The notes beneath the pieces were generated by a model. That model worked only from the letters and a program-made list of their open reading frames with translations, was not told where the DNA came from and ran no database searches. A stretch of 63,292 bases of DNA, filler included, from an uncultured Gemmatimonadota bacterium (GTDB lineage: Bacteria > Blakebacterota > Blakebacteria > Blakebacterales > Blakebacteraceae): NCBI GenBank assembly GCA_964576115.1. It is 4 parts of 4 records of this genome, joined end to end, with 100 filler letters (N's around TTAATTAATTAA, not from the genome) between each part and the next. Parts side by side here need not be neighbours in the genome. Positions count along the whole stretch, not along the records: positions 1 to 16,113 come from CAZNUA010000065.1; 3 more parts are not named here. The stretch is one strand, 5' to 3'. This document shows positions 1 to 8,280 of this stretch, piece by piece (the stretch's first letter is position 1; every line of letters begins with the position of its first letter). Made by a program: the position numbers and the translations under genes.

Positions 1-540
1 CATGTCTTATATCGTGATAGTTTCACCACAGAATCAATGTATCGATCCTTCAGTTCTGGTGTTTGGACGGGAGCTTATCCAGTCGAGAACGGTCCCGAAG
101 GATCTTTTGCGGGCGTACCTATTCAGTTATCTCTCTCGGGATCTAAAAACGTAAAAGTGATCGGATTCGACTACAGCCGGAACGTCCTGGTCATGTGGGA
201 GGATGTTGGAATTAGATATGAGTGGGAAGCTGAAGGGTTGCCTATAGCGGAAGATACTTTGATGAACCGCTATCTGTCTGTGGTAACTGCTCCCGACGGG
301 ACACCCCATGTGATGGTTGCCCGATATCACGGGGCAGTCCGATACGAGCTGCTTTGGCTCAGTCGCCGATCATACCAGTGGGAAGTACATACCATTGCCA
401 GTGGATTGTATCGATGGAGTCAGTTCAATCCAATCCGACTGGCGGTTATGGCGATGGTGGGGGATGTGCCTCACCTTGTATTTGCTGAACTCGGTCCGGG
501 AGGCGAGGAGGCCGTATTATGGGATGCCGTGCTCCGATAG
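1..540 (+). CDS. Hypothetical protein, 5'-partial, possibly beta-propeller-like
   Basis: Frame is open from base 1 (HVLYRDSFTTESM...). Segments such as 'DGTPHVMVA' and 'GDVPHLVFA' resemble beta-propeller blades. GC is visibly lower than in the rest of the contig. Confidence 0.55.
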   Translation, partial: HVLYRDSFTTESMYRSFSSGVWTGAYPVENGPEGSFAGVPIQLSLSGSKNVKVIGFDYSRNVLVMWEDVGIRYEWEAEGLPIAEDTLMNRYLSVVTAPDGTPHVMVARYHGAVRYELLWLSRRSYQWEVHTIASGLYRWSQFNPIRLAVMAMVGDVPHLVFAELGPGGEEAVLWDAVLR

Positions 541-640
541 AATAATCACGCAGATTGTCGAACCACCCGATCCGCACAACCCTGAAGTGAAAAGGAAAAA
601 AGGAGTGCATACATAATCCCCCTTGAGTCTGATATTAATC

Positions 641-680
641 CGGCCCCGCAGGGCACTCATTGTAACACCTTGCGGGGCCG
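641..680. terminator. GC-rich inverted repeat just downstream of tRNA-Val
   Basis: CGGCCCCGCAGGG (641-653) pairs with CCTTGCGGGGCCG (668-680) with one mismatch, about 10 nt past the tRNA CCA end. Confidence 0.55.
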
Positions 681-689
681 TCAGTTAAA

Positions 690-766
690 TGGTGGGCGAC
701 GAGGGACTTGAACCCCCGACCTCGGCGATGTGAGCGCCGCGCTCTGACCAGCTGAGCTAGTCGCCC
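690..766 (-). tRNA. tRNA-Val (anticodon CAC)
   Basis: Reverse complement is GGGCGACTAGCTCAGCTGGTCAGAGCGCGGCGCTCACATCGCCGAGGTCGGGGGTTCAAGTCCCTCGTCGCCCACCA: acceptor stem, D arm, anticodon arm CGGCG-CT-CAC-AT-CGCCG, TTCAA T loop and encoded CCA. Confidence 0.97.
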
Positions 767-1536
767 TCGAATCTGAAAGAACCGGGCGGGCGCGTGGCCC
801 GCGGAAGCCTCAAAGTAGACGGGCGGAGCCCGGTGTCAACGGCTATCGCGGCCCCCCGTGGCGCCCCGATCGCGATCCCGGCGGCCGGTGCGGTCGGGAA
901 CGCAATCGCGGACCGTGCCATCCCCTGCAGTATAGCCTCCCGGGTCAGCCGGGAACAATCCAGCCGGGCGGCGGTCCGCAGCCCGACGAAACGGTACCCG
1001 CCCCCGGAATCAGGTCCGAGAGAATCCCTGAGCAGGTTGGCCGTCACCACCCCCACCCCGATGCCGATCCCGTCCCACACCAGATCCTTGCCCGAGACAT
1101 AGGTGCGCTTGATGAAGACGTCGTAGAGTTCCTTGCCGATGCCGGCCGCCGCTCCCATGCCCACCCCGAAGGCCCGGGCCCGGTCGTGCTCCCACTCCCA
1201 GCCCTCGCGGGCCACGATGTAGCCGGCACTGGTGATGATGAAGCTGCAGGTGAAGTGCAGCAGCTTGTCGGGGCCGAACCAGGCATCCTGGGCCCGGACG
1301 TCCGACGGAGCGGCGGTTGCGAGCAGACCGGCCAGAAGGAGGGGTGTCAAGCAGCGTGCCAGGCACTCACGCCTGCAAGTCGGGAGTGCTGTGTTGGGAA
1401 CGAACCATCGGGCCTGTTTCCCGGCGGAAACCGGTTCACCGGCAGCACCCGGGGGAATGGTCGTCTGCAGAGCGAAGCGGGCCGGACCGGCCGGCTCAGA
1501 CCCGCTCGCCGGGGATGTAGAGCTTCTCATATTCAT
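757..1536 (-). CDS. YfiM/DUF2279-like exported or membrane protein (true start probably inside the ORF)
   Basis: 'DAWFGPDKLLHF...GIGKELYD...SGKDLVWDGIG' matches the YfiM-like pattern and follows a signal-like stretch. The ORF start overlaps dgt and the stop overlaps the tRNA 5' end. Confidence 0.6.
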   Translation of the reverse strand: MNMRSSTSPASGSEPAGPARFALQTTIPPGAAGEPVSAGKQARWFVPNTALPTCRRECLARCLTPLLLAGLLATAAPSDVRAQDAWFGPDKLLHFTCSFIITSAGYIVAREGWEWEHDRARAFGVGMGAAAGIGKELYDVFIKRTYVSGKDLVWDGIGIGVGVVTANLLRDSLGPDSGGGYRFVGLRTAARLDCSRLTREAILQGMARSAIAFPTAPAAGIAIGAPRGAAIAVDTGLRPSTLRLPRATRPPGSFRFEGD

Positions 1537-2830
1537 CGAAGACGAACTTGTCGGTCATACCGGCCACGAAATCGCAGAGAGTGCGGTAGAAAGAAACGGT
1601 GGTGCGGTAGCGGGCGGCTTCTTCGGGGATCTTCTCCAGGGGCAGGTCGCGCATGAACTTGATCTTCTCGCGCTTGGCGTAGCCGAGCAGAACGTAATCT
1701 GGCAGCTGCAGGGGGCGATTGATGTAGGCTTTGAAGAGCCGGCGCATGAGGTATTCGGATTTGCCGTCCATGCGGCTGACGTTGTAGCAGTTGATGATGT
1801 TGTCGTACACGAAGCGGCGCAGCTGGCCGTACTCGCCGCTCAGGCCGGCGTCGAGCCGGACCAGGTCGCCCGGCAGGTGCGCCCGGGCGGCGGCGAATTC
1901 CTCGGGTCCGGTGACCCCCCTCTCTTCGCACCAGTTCCCGATCCGCTTCAGGCTCGTGACGATGGTATTGGTCACCAGCAGATGGATCAGGCCGCGGATG
2001 AGCCGGTTCTGGCGCCTGAAGCGGGGCTGATCGAAATAGGAAGGGAAGTTCCTGATTACGACCCGGCTGATCGAGAGTTCCTCGACCTTGCCGAGTTCCA
2101 CCTGACCCTCGCGCAGGCCGTCTTCGAGATCGTGGGTCTGCTGGGCGATCTCGTCGGCGATCGAGACGACCTGGCCCTCGAGATGACAGCCGCTCTCCAG
2201 GTCGATGCCGGAGGTGTCCACGTCGCAGAGGATGCGGTCGGTGAAGTAGCCGGTGTGTTTGAGAATGCCCTCGCGGACCTGGTCGGTCAGGTTCAGTCCG
2301 GGGCGGTCGTAGCGGGTCTCGAGCTGGTCGACGACCCGCAGGCTCTGGTAATTGTGCTTGAAGCCCCCCAGGCGAAAGCGGACCTCGGGACGGACGTGAT
2401 CGTCCAGATCGTCCTCCCCGCTCATGATGGCGGCCAGCACATTCTCGCCCGAATGCCCGAACGGGGTGTGGCCCAGATCGTGACCCAGGGCGATGGCTTC
2501 GACCAGATCTTCGTTCAGGCCCAGCGCCCGGCCGATGGTGCGGGCAAGCTGGGAAACCTCGATGGTATGGGTCAGGCGGGTACGGTAGTGGTCGCCGCCG
2601 ATCGAGACGTAGACCTGGGTCTTGTGCTTGAGCCGCCGGAAAGCCCGGCTGTGGATGATGCGGTCGCGGTCACGCTGATAGGGCAGACGGTAGTCTTCCC
2701 GGCGCCCCTCCTGTTCCACCGGCTGGCGCCGGTTCGCCCGGGTGTTGCGCTCCGCATAGACGGCAGTCAGGTCATCGAACCGGGCGGCGAGATCTTCAGC
2801 ATCCCGGTAGTGCCAGGCCTCTTCCGCCAC
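1496..2830 (-). CDS. dgt: Deoxyguanosinetriphosphate triphosphohydrolase (dGTPase, HD domain)
   Basis: 'YQRDRDRIIHSRAFRRLKHKTQV', 'RTRLTHTIEV', 'GHDLGHTPFGHSGE', 'ADEIA..THDLED' and 'DFVAGMTD' motifs. Confidence 0.93.
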   Translation of the reverse strand: MAEEAWHYRDAEDLAARFDDLTAVYAERNTRANRRQPVEQEGRREDYRLPYQRDRDRIIHSRAFRRLKHKTQVYVSIGGDHYRTRLTHTIEVSQLARTIGRALGLNEDLVEAIALGHDLGHTPFGHSGENVLAAIMSGEDDLDDHVRPEVRFRLGGFKHNYQSLRVVDQLETRYDRPGLNLTDQVREGILKHTGYFTDRILCDVDTSGIDLESGCHLEGQVVSIADEIAQQTHDLEDGLREGQVELGKVEELSISRVVIRNFPSYFDQPRFRRQNRLIRGLIHLLVTNTIVTSLKRIGNWCEERGVTGPEEFAAARAHLPGDLVRLDAGLSGEYGQLRRFVYDNIINCYNVSRMDGKSEYLMRRLFKAYINRPLQLPDYVLLGYAKREKIKFMRDLPLEKIPEEAARYRTTVSFYRTLCDFVAGMTDKFVFDEYEKLYIPGERV

Positions 2831-2832
2831 TT

Positions 2833-3498
2833 CTATTCGGTCCCGCTGTCCTTTTTCGCGGCGGTCTTCTTCGCCGCCGTCTTCTTCCCGGCCGCCGGCT
2901 CCGCCTCCGCCTCACCGCCTCCGGCTGCCTCATCGCCGGTCTCGGCTTCGGCCGCAGCGGCCTTTTCGGCCTGCTTCTGCTCGACCCGGGCCCGCAGTTC
3001 GGCCTCCTTGGCCTTCATGGCTTCCCGGAAGCTCTTGCTGGCGTCGTTGAATTTCTCTTTCAGGGCCGAGAGGGCCGCTCCGGCCTTGATCGCACCTTCA
3101 TCGCCGGCCTCGGCTGTGGCCTCCTCGATATCGCTGCTCAACCCCTTGAGACGGTCGCCGAGATCGCCGAACTTCTCTTTCATATCTTCCCCGAAATGTT
3201 CGGCGTCACTCGAGGCCTTCCGGCCGAATTCCTCGGCCTTCATCTTGAACTCGACCGCCTTCTCGAAAGCCTGCTCGCGCAGGTCTTCGGAATCGGCCCA
3301 GGTTTCCTCGAGCTTGTCGAGCAGATCCTGCGCCTTCTTTTTGAGTTCTTCCATTTTCTCCCTGAGATCCTCGCTCTTCTCCAGCCAGATTTCGCGCGTT
3401 TCCTCGCCCGAACGGGGAGCGAACGCGAGGCCGGAAATGAATCCGACCAGACCTCCGAAGATGAAGGATCCGAATCGTCCGCGCTTTTTACGTGCCAT
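2833..3498 (-). CDS. YtxH-domain protein
   Basis: 'FIFGGLVGFISGLAFAPRSGEETRE' YtxH signature followed by a charged coiled coil. Confidence 0.85.
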   Translation of the reverse strand: MARKKRGRFGSFIFGGLVGFISGLAFAPRSGEETREIWLEKSEDLREKMEELKKKAQDLLDKLEETWADSEDLREQAFEKAVEFKMKAEEFGRKASSDAEHFGEDMKEKFGDLGDRLKGLSSDIEEATAEAGDEGAIKAGAALSALKEKFNDASKSFREAMKAKEAELRARVEQKQAEKAAAAEAETGDEAAGGGEAEAEPAAGKKTAAKKTAAKKDSGTE

Positions 3499-3548
3499 CG
3501 TACCGCGCCTCCTGAAACGGCCGGCTGCGCACCGGCCTCCTCTCGTGC

Positions 3549-3941
3549 TTACTTTTTCCTGTCCGTTTCCCGCCTGAAGAGGGACTTGAGGAACCGGCCC
3601 AGTGCGGCAAAGCCGGAGAAGATCCGGATCGTAGTCCGCTCCAGATCCTCTTCGAGAGCTTCGGCCAGCAGCCCCATACGCTCGGCCTTTGCACGCACCC
3701 CCGCCACGGCCTCGACGAACCCTTCGGTCTGGTCGAGAGCATCTTCGGCCACCTCGGTCGCCCGCTCGGCCAGCTCCTTGACGTCATCGGCCAGGGGCTG
3801 GAACTGCTCCTGGAAATCCTTCACCACCGCCGTAACGGTGCGCATTACCTGATAGAGCTTCCAGGCAATGAGCAGCGGTACGACGGTGAGCAGAACCGTA
3901 CAGACCGCGATCACCACCAGGCTGATCTGGATCGTCAACAT
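3549..3941 (-). CDS. DUF948/YtxG-like membrane-anchored coiled-coil protein
   Basis: N-terminal TM helix plus coiled coil, directly upstream of the YtxH-like gene as in ytxG-ytxH. Confidence 0.65.
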   Translation of the reverse strand: MLTIQISLVVIAVCTVLLTVVPLLIAWKLYQVMRTVTAVVKDFQEQFQPLADDVKELAERATEVAEDALDQTEGFVEAVAGVRAKAERMGLLAEALEEDLERTTIRIFSGFAALGRFLKSLFRRETDRKK

Positions 3942-4052
3942 CGCAGTGGTCCCCTGTCCCCTTCCTTCTCTTTCGTTTTACGCCCCGATCCCCCTCGAGT
4001 TGCCGGGCTTCGCTCCGGGGCCGGGCATTGTGACTGGTGCCCTGACATGACC

Positions 4053-5357
4053 CTAGCGACCTTCCAGAATCTCCCGGATGGCCGGTTCCAGTCTCTCGCC
4101 CCGGGCGTTGACGAACCTGATCGTCCCCTCGCGGTCGATCAGATAGGTCGCCGGGATCCCGCTCACCCGCCAGAGGTTCGAGACCGCATTCTCCCAGTAG
4201 AGGCCGTCGTAGGTCGTCGGCCACATCATGTCCCGTTCGTCCATGAAGGTCCGCACCTGCGCGGCCGTCATTTGCCCGGATTGCGGGTTCTCGGGATCAG
4301 GGGCCATATCGAGACTCACTCCCAGAATCCCGAATCCCTGATCGGCAAATGTCTCATAGGCTGCCAGGACGTTGGGGATCTCGTCCAGGCAGGGACCGCA
4401 CCAGGTGGCCCAGAAATCGAGCAGGACCACCTCGTAGTCCTGCAGAAACTCCGAGAGAGTGATCATGTTCCCCCGGCAGTCCTCCTGGCTGAAGTCGGGA
4501 GCTGGGTAACCGACGGCGATGTAGGGCTTGGGTTCGACCCTGACGTCCGAGACCCGGAAGGTAACCCGGTCGCCGGGGAGCGAGATGTCGGCGATGGTAT
4601 AGCTCTCTCCCCCGGCGTTGAACGGCTCGCCCAGACGGAAGTGCTCGGCCGAGGAGGAGCTGGTCTCGAGTTCGTTGTCCCCGTTCAGATCGATGGTCAG
4701 GCTGACCAGGCGTGGATCGAGAGTGTCGTCCCCGGCCGCACGCAGGTTGAACAGGCCGTCGTTGTCGTTCTCAGCGATACCGATCCGGTAGGTCGTTCCC
4801 CGCAGACTGACCTCGCCCACCCGGGCGAAGTTGCGCGCAAAGAGCACTCCCCGCTGGGTGGGATCCTCGCCGTTGAAGCGGTAGAAGAAGAAGCTCGCCG
4901 GGATTTCGGTCGGACCGTCGTCGAGAAGATAGGGAACGCTGACGGTGTAGTGGGTCATGTTGGTGCGTTCCGAGTACTGTTCCCAGCGGCCGTCGCCGTC
5001 GTCGGTCAGGTCCTCGTTGTTGTTGGCATCGAGCCAGAACCGCGCCTGGCCGCCGTCGGGTTCGTCCAGAGCATAGACGAAAACGTTGTCCTCGCCCTGC
5101 CCGAAAGTGAAGGAGCCGTACCAGGGTTGGCCGGCATATTGCGGTTCGGCCGTCAGGGTTTCGACCGGCCCGGCACCCTGCGGTGAGGCCGGACTGCGCA
5201 TGGGCATGTAGTAGCCGGCGGCATTCTGGAAACCTTCGACGACCTCGAGTTCGCCCGATTCCCAGGTGGTGCCGGTGCTGCAGGCCCCCAGAGCGGGGAG
5301 TATCAGAACGACGAGGGCGAGCCGTACGGGGAGACGGGGGCATGATGTCATGGGCAT
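4053..5357 (-). CDS. Lipoprotein with uncharacterised N-terminal domain and C-terminal TlpA-type thioredoxin domain
   Basis: Lipobox 'LGAC'; 'APDF', 'LLDFWATWCGPC' and 'GIPATYLIDREG'. Start moved to ATG 5357. Confidence 0.85.
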   Translation of the reverse strand: MPMTSCPRLPVRLALVVLILPALGACSTGTTWESGELEVVEGFQNAAGYYMPMRSPASPQGAGPVETLTAEPQYAGQPWYGSFTFGQGEDNVFVYALDEPDGGQARFWLDANNNEDLTDDGDGRWEQYSERTNMTHYTVSVPYLLDDGPTEIPASFFFYRFNGEDPTQRGVLFARNFARVGEVSLRGTTYRIGIAENDNDGLFNLRAAGDDTLDPRLVSLTIDLNGDNELETSSSSAEHFRLGEPFNAGGESYTIADISLPGDRVTFRVSDVRVEPKPYIAVGYPAPDFSQEDCRGNMITLSEFLQDYEVVLLDFWATWCGPCLDEIPNVLAAYETFADQGFGILGVSLDMAPDPENPQSGQMTAAQVRTFMDERDMMWPTTYDGLYWENAVSNLWRVSGIPATYLIDREGTIRFVNARGERLEPAIREILEGR

Positions 5358-5589
5358 CGGGGTGTGGCTCCCTTCGATCGATCGAGCGAGGCTGCGACCG
5401 CTCCGGTTCGGGGGGGACCGACCGCGGCTTTCGAGCTGAACCTGTAGGGTAGTCTGCCCACCTCTGCTCTCACAAGACAATAGGACGATCCCGACCCGCA
5501 GAGACCCCGAAATCCGACGGTGAGAAAGGGAGCGAACCGCGATCGGAACCCTCTTGGCGCCCCCAGCGGCCCGGGTGTAGAGTCGCCGC

Positions 5590-6123
5590 ATGGATCGCGT
5601 CCACGTTGCCTCATTCGAATCGCCTTATGGCCGGTTGTGGGGCCTGCGGACCCCGCAGGGACTCGCCACCCTGCTGTTGCCGCGCTCCAATCGGGCCCGG
5701 CTCGATCTGGGACCATCCCAGCTGGTGGCATGGCGCGATCGCTACCTGCCCGGCTGGCAGATCTACGAGAGCAAGAATCAATTTCGCGATCTGCAGCGGT
5801 GGCTGCGGGATTACTTCGCCGGCCGCGAACCCCGCGAGGAGATCCCGCTCGATCTCTACGGTACCCCCTTCCAGCTTGCGGTCTGGAAGATCCTGCAGGG
5901 TATCCCCTACGGTACCACGACGACCTACGGCGCCATCAGCCGCAAACTGCGTCGATCGGCCTCGTCATCGCGGGCGGTCGGCACCGCGGTCGGCTCCAAT
6001 CCGATCGGGATCGTGGTGCCCTGTCACCGGGTCATCGGCCACGACGAAAAATTGGTCGGTTTCGGTGGGGGCCTGAGAATGAAGCAGGATTTGCTGCGCC
6101 GCGAAGGCGTGCTGCTGCTGTAG
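5590..6123 (+). CDS. ogt: Methylated-DNA-protein-cysteine methyltransferase
   Basis: 'GTPFQLAVW', 'IPYG..TTYG' and 'RAVGTAVGSNP..IVVPCHRVIG' with the active-site PCHR. Confidence 0.93.
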   Translation: MDRVHVASFESPYGRLWGLRTPQGLATLLLPRSNRARLDLGPSQLVAWRDRYLPGWQIYESKNQFRDLQRWLRDYFAGREPREEIPLDLYGTPFQLAVWKILQGIPYGTTTTYGAISRKLRRSASSSRAVGTAVGSNPIGIVVPCHRVIGHDEKLVGFGGGLRMKQDLLRREGVLLL

Positions 6124-6189
6124 GGTCCTATCACGCAGCCCGTGACATGATACCGGTTTCCCGGTTCGCACCTTCCTCGCAGATACGGC

Positions 6190-6993
6190 TCAGACCTCCA
6201 GTATCCGTCCCGTTTCCCGCGGAAAATTGATCGGCACCTCGAACGTGCGTCGCAGGCGACGCGCGCGCCCGGCGGTGGCGGCCTCTTCGGGACGCAGGGT
6301 ATAGAGATCGGAGTGTGTCAGTGGTATGGCTGCCAGGCCGGTGCCTTCATGCAGACTGTAGGGAACCCGCATCAGACCGGTCGGAGCGAGCAGTCCGGTA
6401 TCGAGGGTGACGATCTGCCCGCCGGCATTGAAGGCATCGCCCATGCGGGTTACCGGTCCGTCATACCCGATCCAACGGCCGATCCGATCCCGTTCCCTGG
6501 TGCCGGCGAACCGGTCCTCCAGCCGATCGCGCAGACGGGCCGCCACGGTCCGCTCGAAACCCCACAGCCCCCCGGGCAGTTCATCGGGATCGGCTGCACC
6601 CCAGGTCCAGACCGCGATCAGCGAGCGGTCGCCGTCGAGAAGCACCAGGTACGCGATATCCAGGTCGTCGAGTACGAGCAGCAGTTTCAGCGCCGTGAGC
6701 CGGACCGCATCGAAGGGAAGCTCGGGCGCCGTGACGGCCAGAGCGAACCAGACCTCGCCGGTGCGGGCGCGCAGCCCCATCTGAAAACCGGCCGCACCCT
6801 GCTCGACCAGGATCAGCAGATCGTCCTCACCGGCAATGAATACAGGATCCTCCAACGCCGGGGTAGAGAGCCCTCCGGTGTCCTCCCGATGCACCACGAC
6901 CGAATGGTCGCGCAGGAAAGGCATCATCCGGGAAGCAACGTGCCGGTAGTACGCGAGTCGCTCAATTGTCTGCTCCGCCCGCGCTCCGCCCAC
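6190..6993 (-). CDS. Degenerate LigD-type primase-polymerase (AEP superfamily) domain protein
   Basis: 'YYRHVASRMMPFLRD', 'LPFDAVRLTALKLLLVLDDLDI' and 'RVPYSLH..TG....PL' are co-linear with LigD Pol domains, but the catalytic motifs are substituted. Confidence 0.65.
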   Translation of the reverse strand: MGGARAEQTIERLAYYRHVASRMMPFLRDHSVVVHREDTGGLSTPALEDPVFIAGEDDLLILVEQGAAGFQMGLRARTGEVWFALAVTAPELPFDAVRLTALKLLLVLDDLDIAYLVLLDGDRSLIAVWTWGAADPDELPGGLWGFERTVAARLRDRLEDRFAGTRERDRIGRWIGYDGPVTRMGDAFNAGGQIVTLDTGLLAPTGLMRVPYSLHEGTGLAAIPLTHSDLYTLRPEEAATAGRARRLRRTFEVPINFPRETGRILEV

Positions 6994-7006
6994 GATCCTG
7001 CTCCCC

Positions 7007-8266
7007 TCAGAACCCGATGATGAGAAAGACGACGGCCAGGACGATCTGGGCTCCGAAGAAGGGCAACAGACTTCGATGAAGGTTGCCCGGTCCGCCGCTG
7101 CGAGCCACGATCATCTTCACCAGGGTATTGGCCAGCACGGCCAGCAGCAGAGCCGTCGCAGCCACCGCGGCGTTGATGGTATCGGGCACCAGCCGGCCGA
7201 CCGAGAGGGTAATCGCATCCAATCCCTCGAGACCGGCCAGGAAACCGGTGACATACACCCCCCCGGCCCCCAGCAGTTCGTAGGCCCCCCGAACCAGCAC
7301 CAGGATCAGGGCGAAGAGCAGTCCGAATTTCAGGGCGAAACCGATATCGAGCGGGTTCGAGAGTTTGAGCGGCGTTCTCTCCCGTCCCGCCGGAGAGCGC
7401 CAGAGCAGGATCGAGCCGATGACCCCGGCGGCGAAGAGCACGCTGAAGGGAAGAGCGAGATCGGCCAGCAGGGCGGGCGACCAGACCCAGATGATCAGTA
7501 TGATTCGCGGATAGAGAGTCGTGGTGGCCAGGGCGATGGCAGTGGCGTACGAGGGAGTGCGTTCGGGTTCCTCCCGGCAGCGGCGGGTGAAACTGACGGT
7601 CACCGCCGTGCTCGAGGCCAGACCGCCCAGCAATCCGGTCGAGATGATCCCCACCCGGCTGCCCAGGATCTTACTCAGGCCGTAGCCGGCGAAGGACACC
7701 AACGCGATGAAAACGACCATCAGCCAGGCCACGCGCGGGTTGAACAGCCCGCCGGGGCCCAGATCGCGGTTGGGCAGGATCGGCAGGGCGACCACCGTTA
7801 TCAGACCCAGCAGGATAATGGCCTGCAGGTCCCCTTCCTCGAGCACGCTGACGAAACGGTGCAGGCGGAACTTCTGAGACAGGATGAGGGTCACGATCAC
7901 GGCCGTGGCTCCGGCCAGGGCCAGCTCGTTCCAGTAGCACAGGCCGCCGAGCACATAGACGACCAGGGCTGCGACCGGAGTGGTGGTGCCCGTCTCCCCC
8001 AGCTGGCTGGCCCGCACGAAATGAGAAACCGCCGCCAGGGCGCCCAGAAAAATAAAACCGGCCGCGAAGGTCCAGGCCGCATAGTCGGCCGCGAAGGCCG
8101 CCGTGAAACCTCCCAGGGCGATCAGTGGAAAGGTGCGGATCCCCGCGAAGGGAACCGATTCGTCCTGATCGCCCCCCGACCACTCCCGCTCCATGCCGAT
8201 CAGTACCCCGATGAGCAGAGCCGCCACGAAACGTTCCACGAGGGTTCCGGTCAGAGTCAGATCCAT
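7007..8266 (-). CDS. MgtC/SapB-family membrane protein with DUF4010
   Basis: 'ALLIGVLIGMERE', 'AGIRTFPLI' and 'GLLGGLASSTAVT'; many TM helices. Confidence 0.9.
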   Translation of the reverse strand: MDLTLTGTLVERFVAALLIGVLIGMEREWSGGDQDESVPFAGIRTFPLIALGGFTAAFAADYAAWTFAAGFIFLGALAAVSHFVRASQLGETGTTTPVAALVVYVLGGLCYWNELALAGATAVIVTLILSQKFRLHRFVSVLEEGDLQAIILLGLITVVALPILPNRDLGPGGLFNPRVAWLMVVFIALVSFAGYGLSKILGSRVGIISTGLLGGLASSTAVTVSFTRRCREEPERTPSYATAIALATTTLYPRIILIIWVWSPALLADLALPFSVLFAAGVIGSILLWRSPAGRERTPLKLSNPLDIGFALKFGLLFALILVLVRGAYELLGAGGVYVTGFLAGLEGLDAITLSVGRLVPDTINAAVAATALLLAVLANTLVKMIVARSGGPGNLHRSLLPFFGAQIVLAVVFLIIGF

Positions 8267-8280
8267 GCTTTTCCCTCTAT

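Noticed and set aside
1496..2830. dGTPase as an antiphage system
   Set aside because: Host-like GC, housekeeping-style context and no defence neighbours.
1232..3577. Long antisense ORFs (e.g. 1232..3577, 10662..13187, 13235..15514, 26486..28852, 30165..32204, 52237..54159, 59619..61904)
   Set aside because: They are shadows of well-supported opposite-strand genes in high-GC DNA and show no family motifs.
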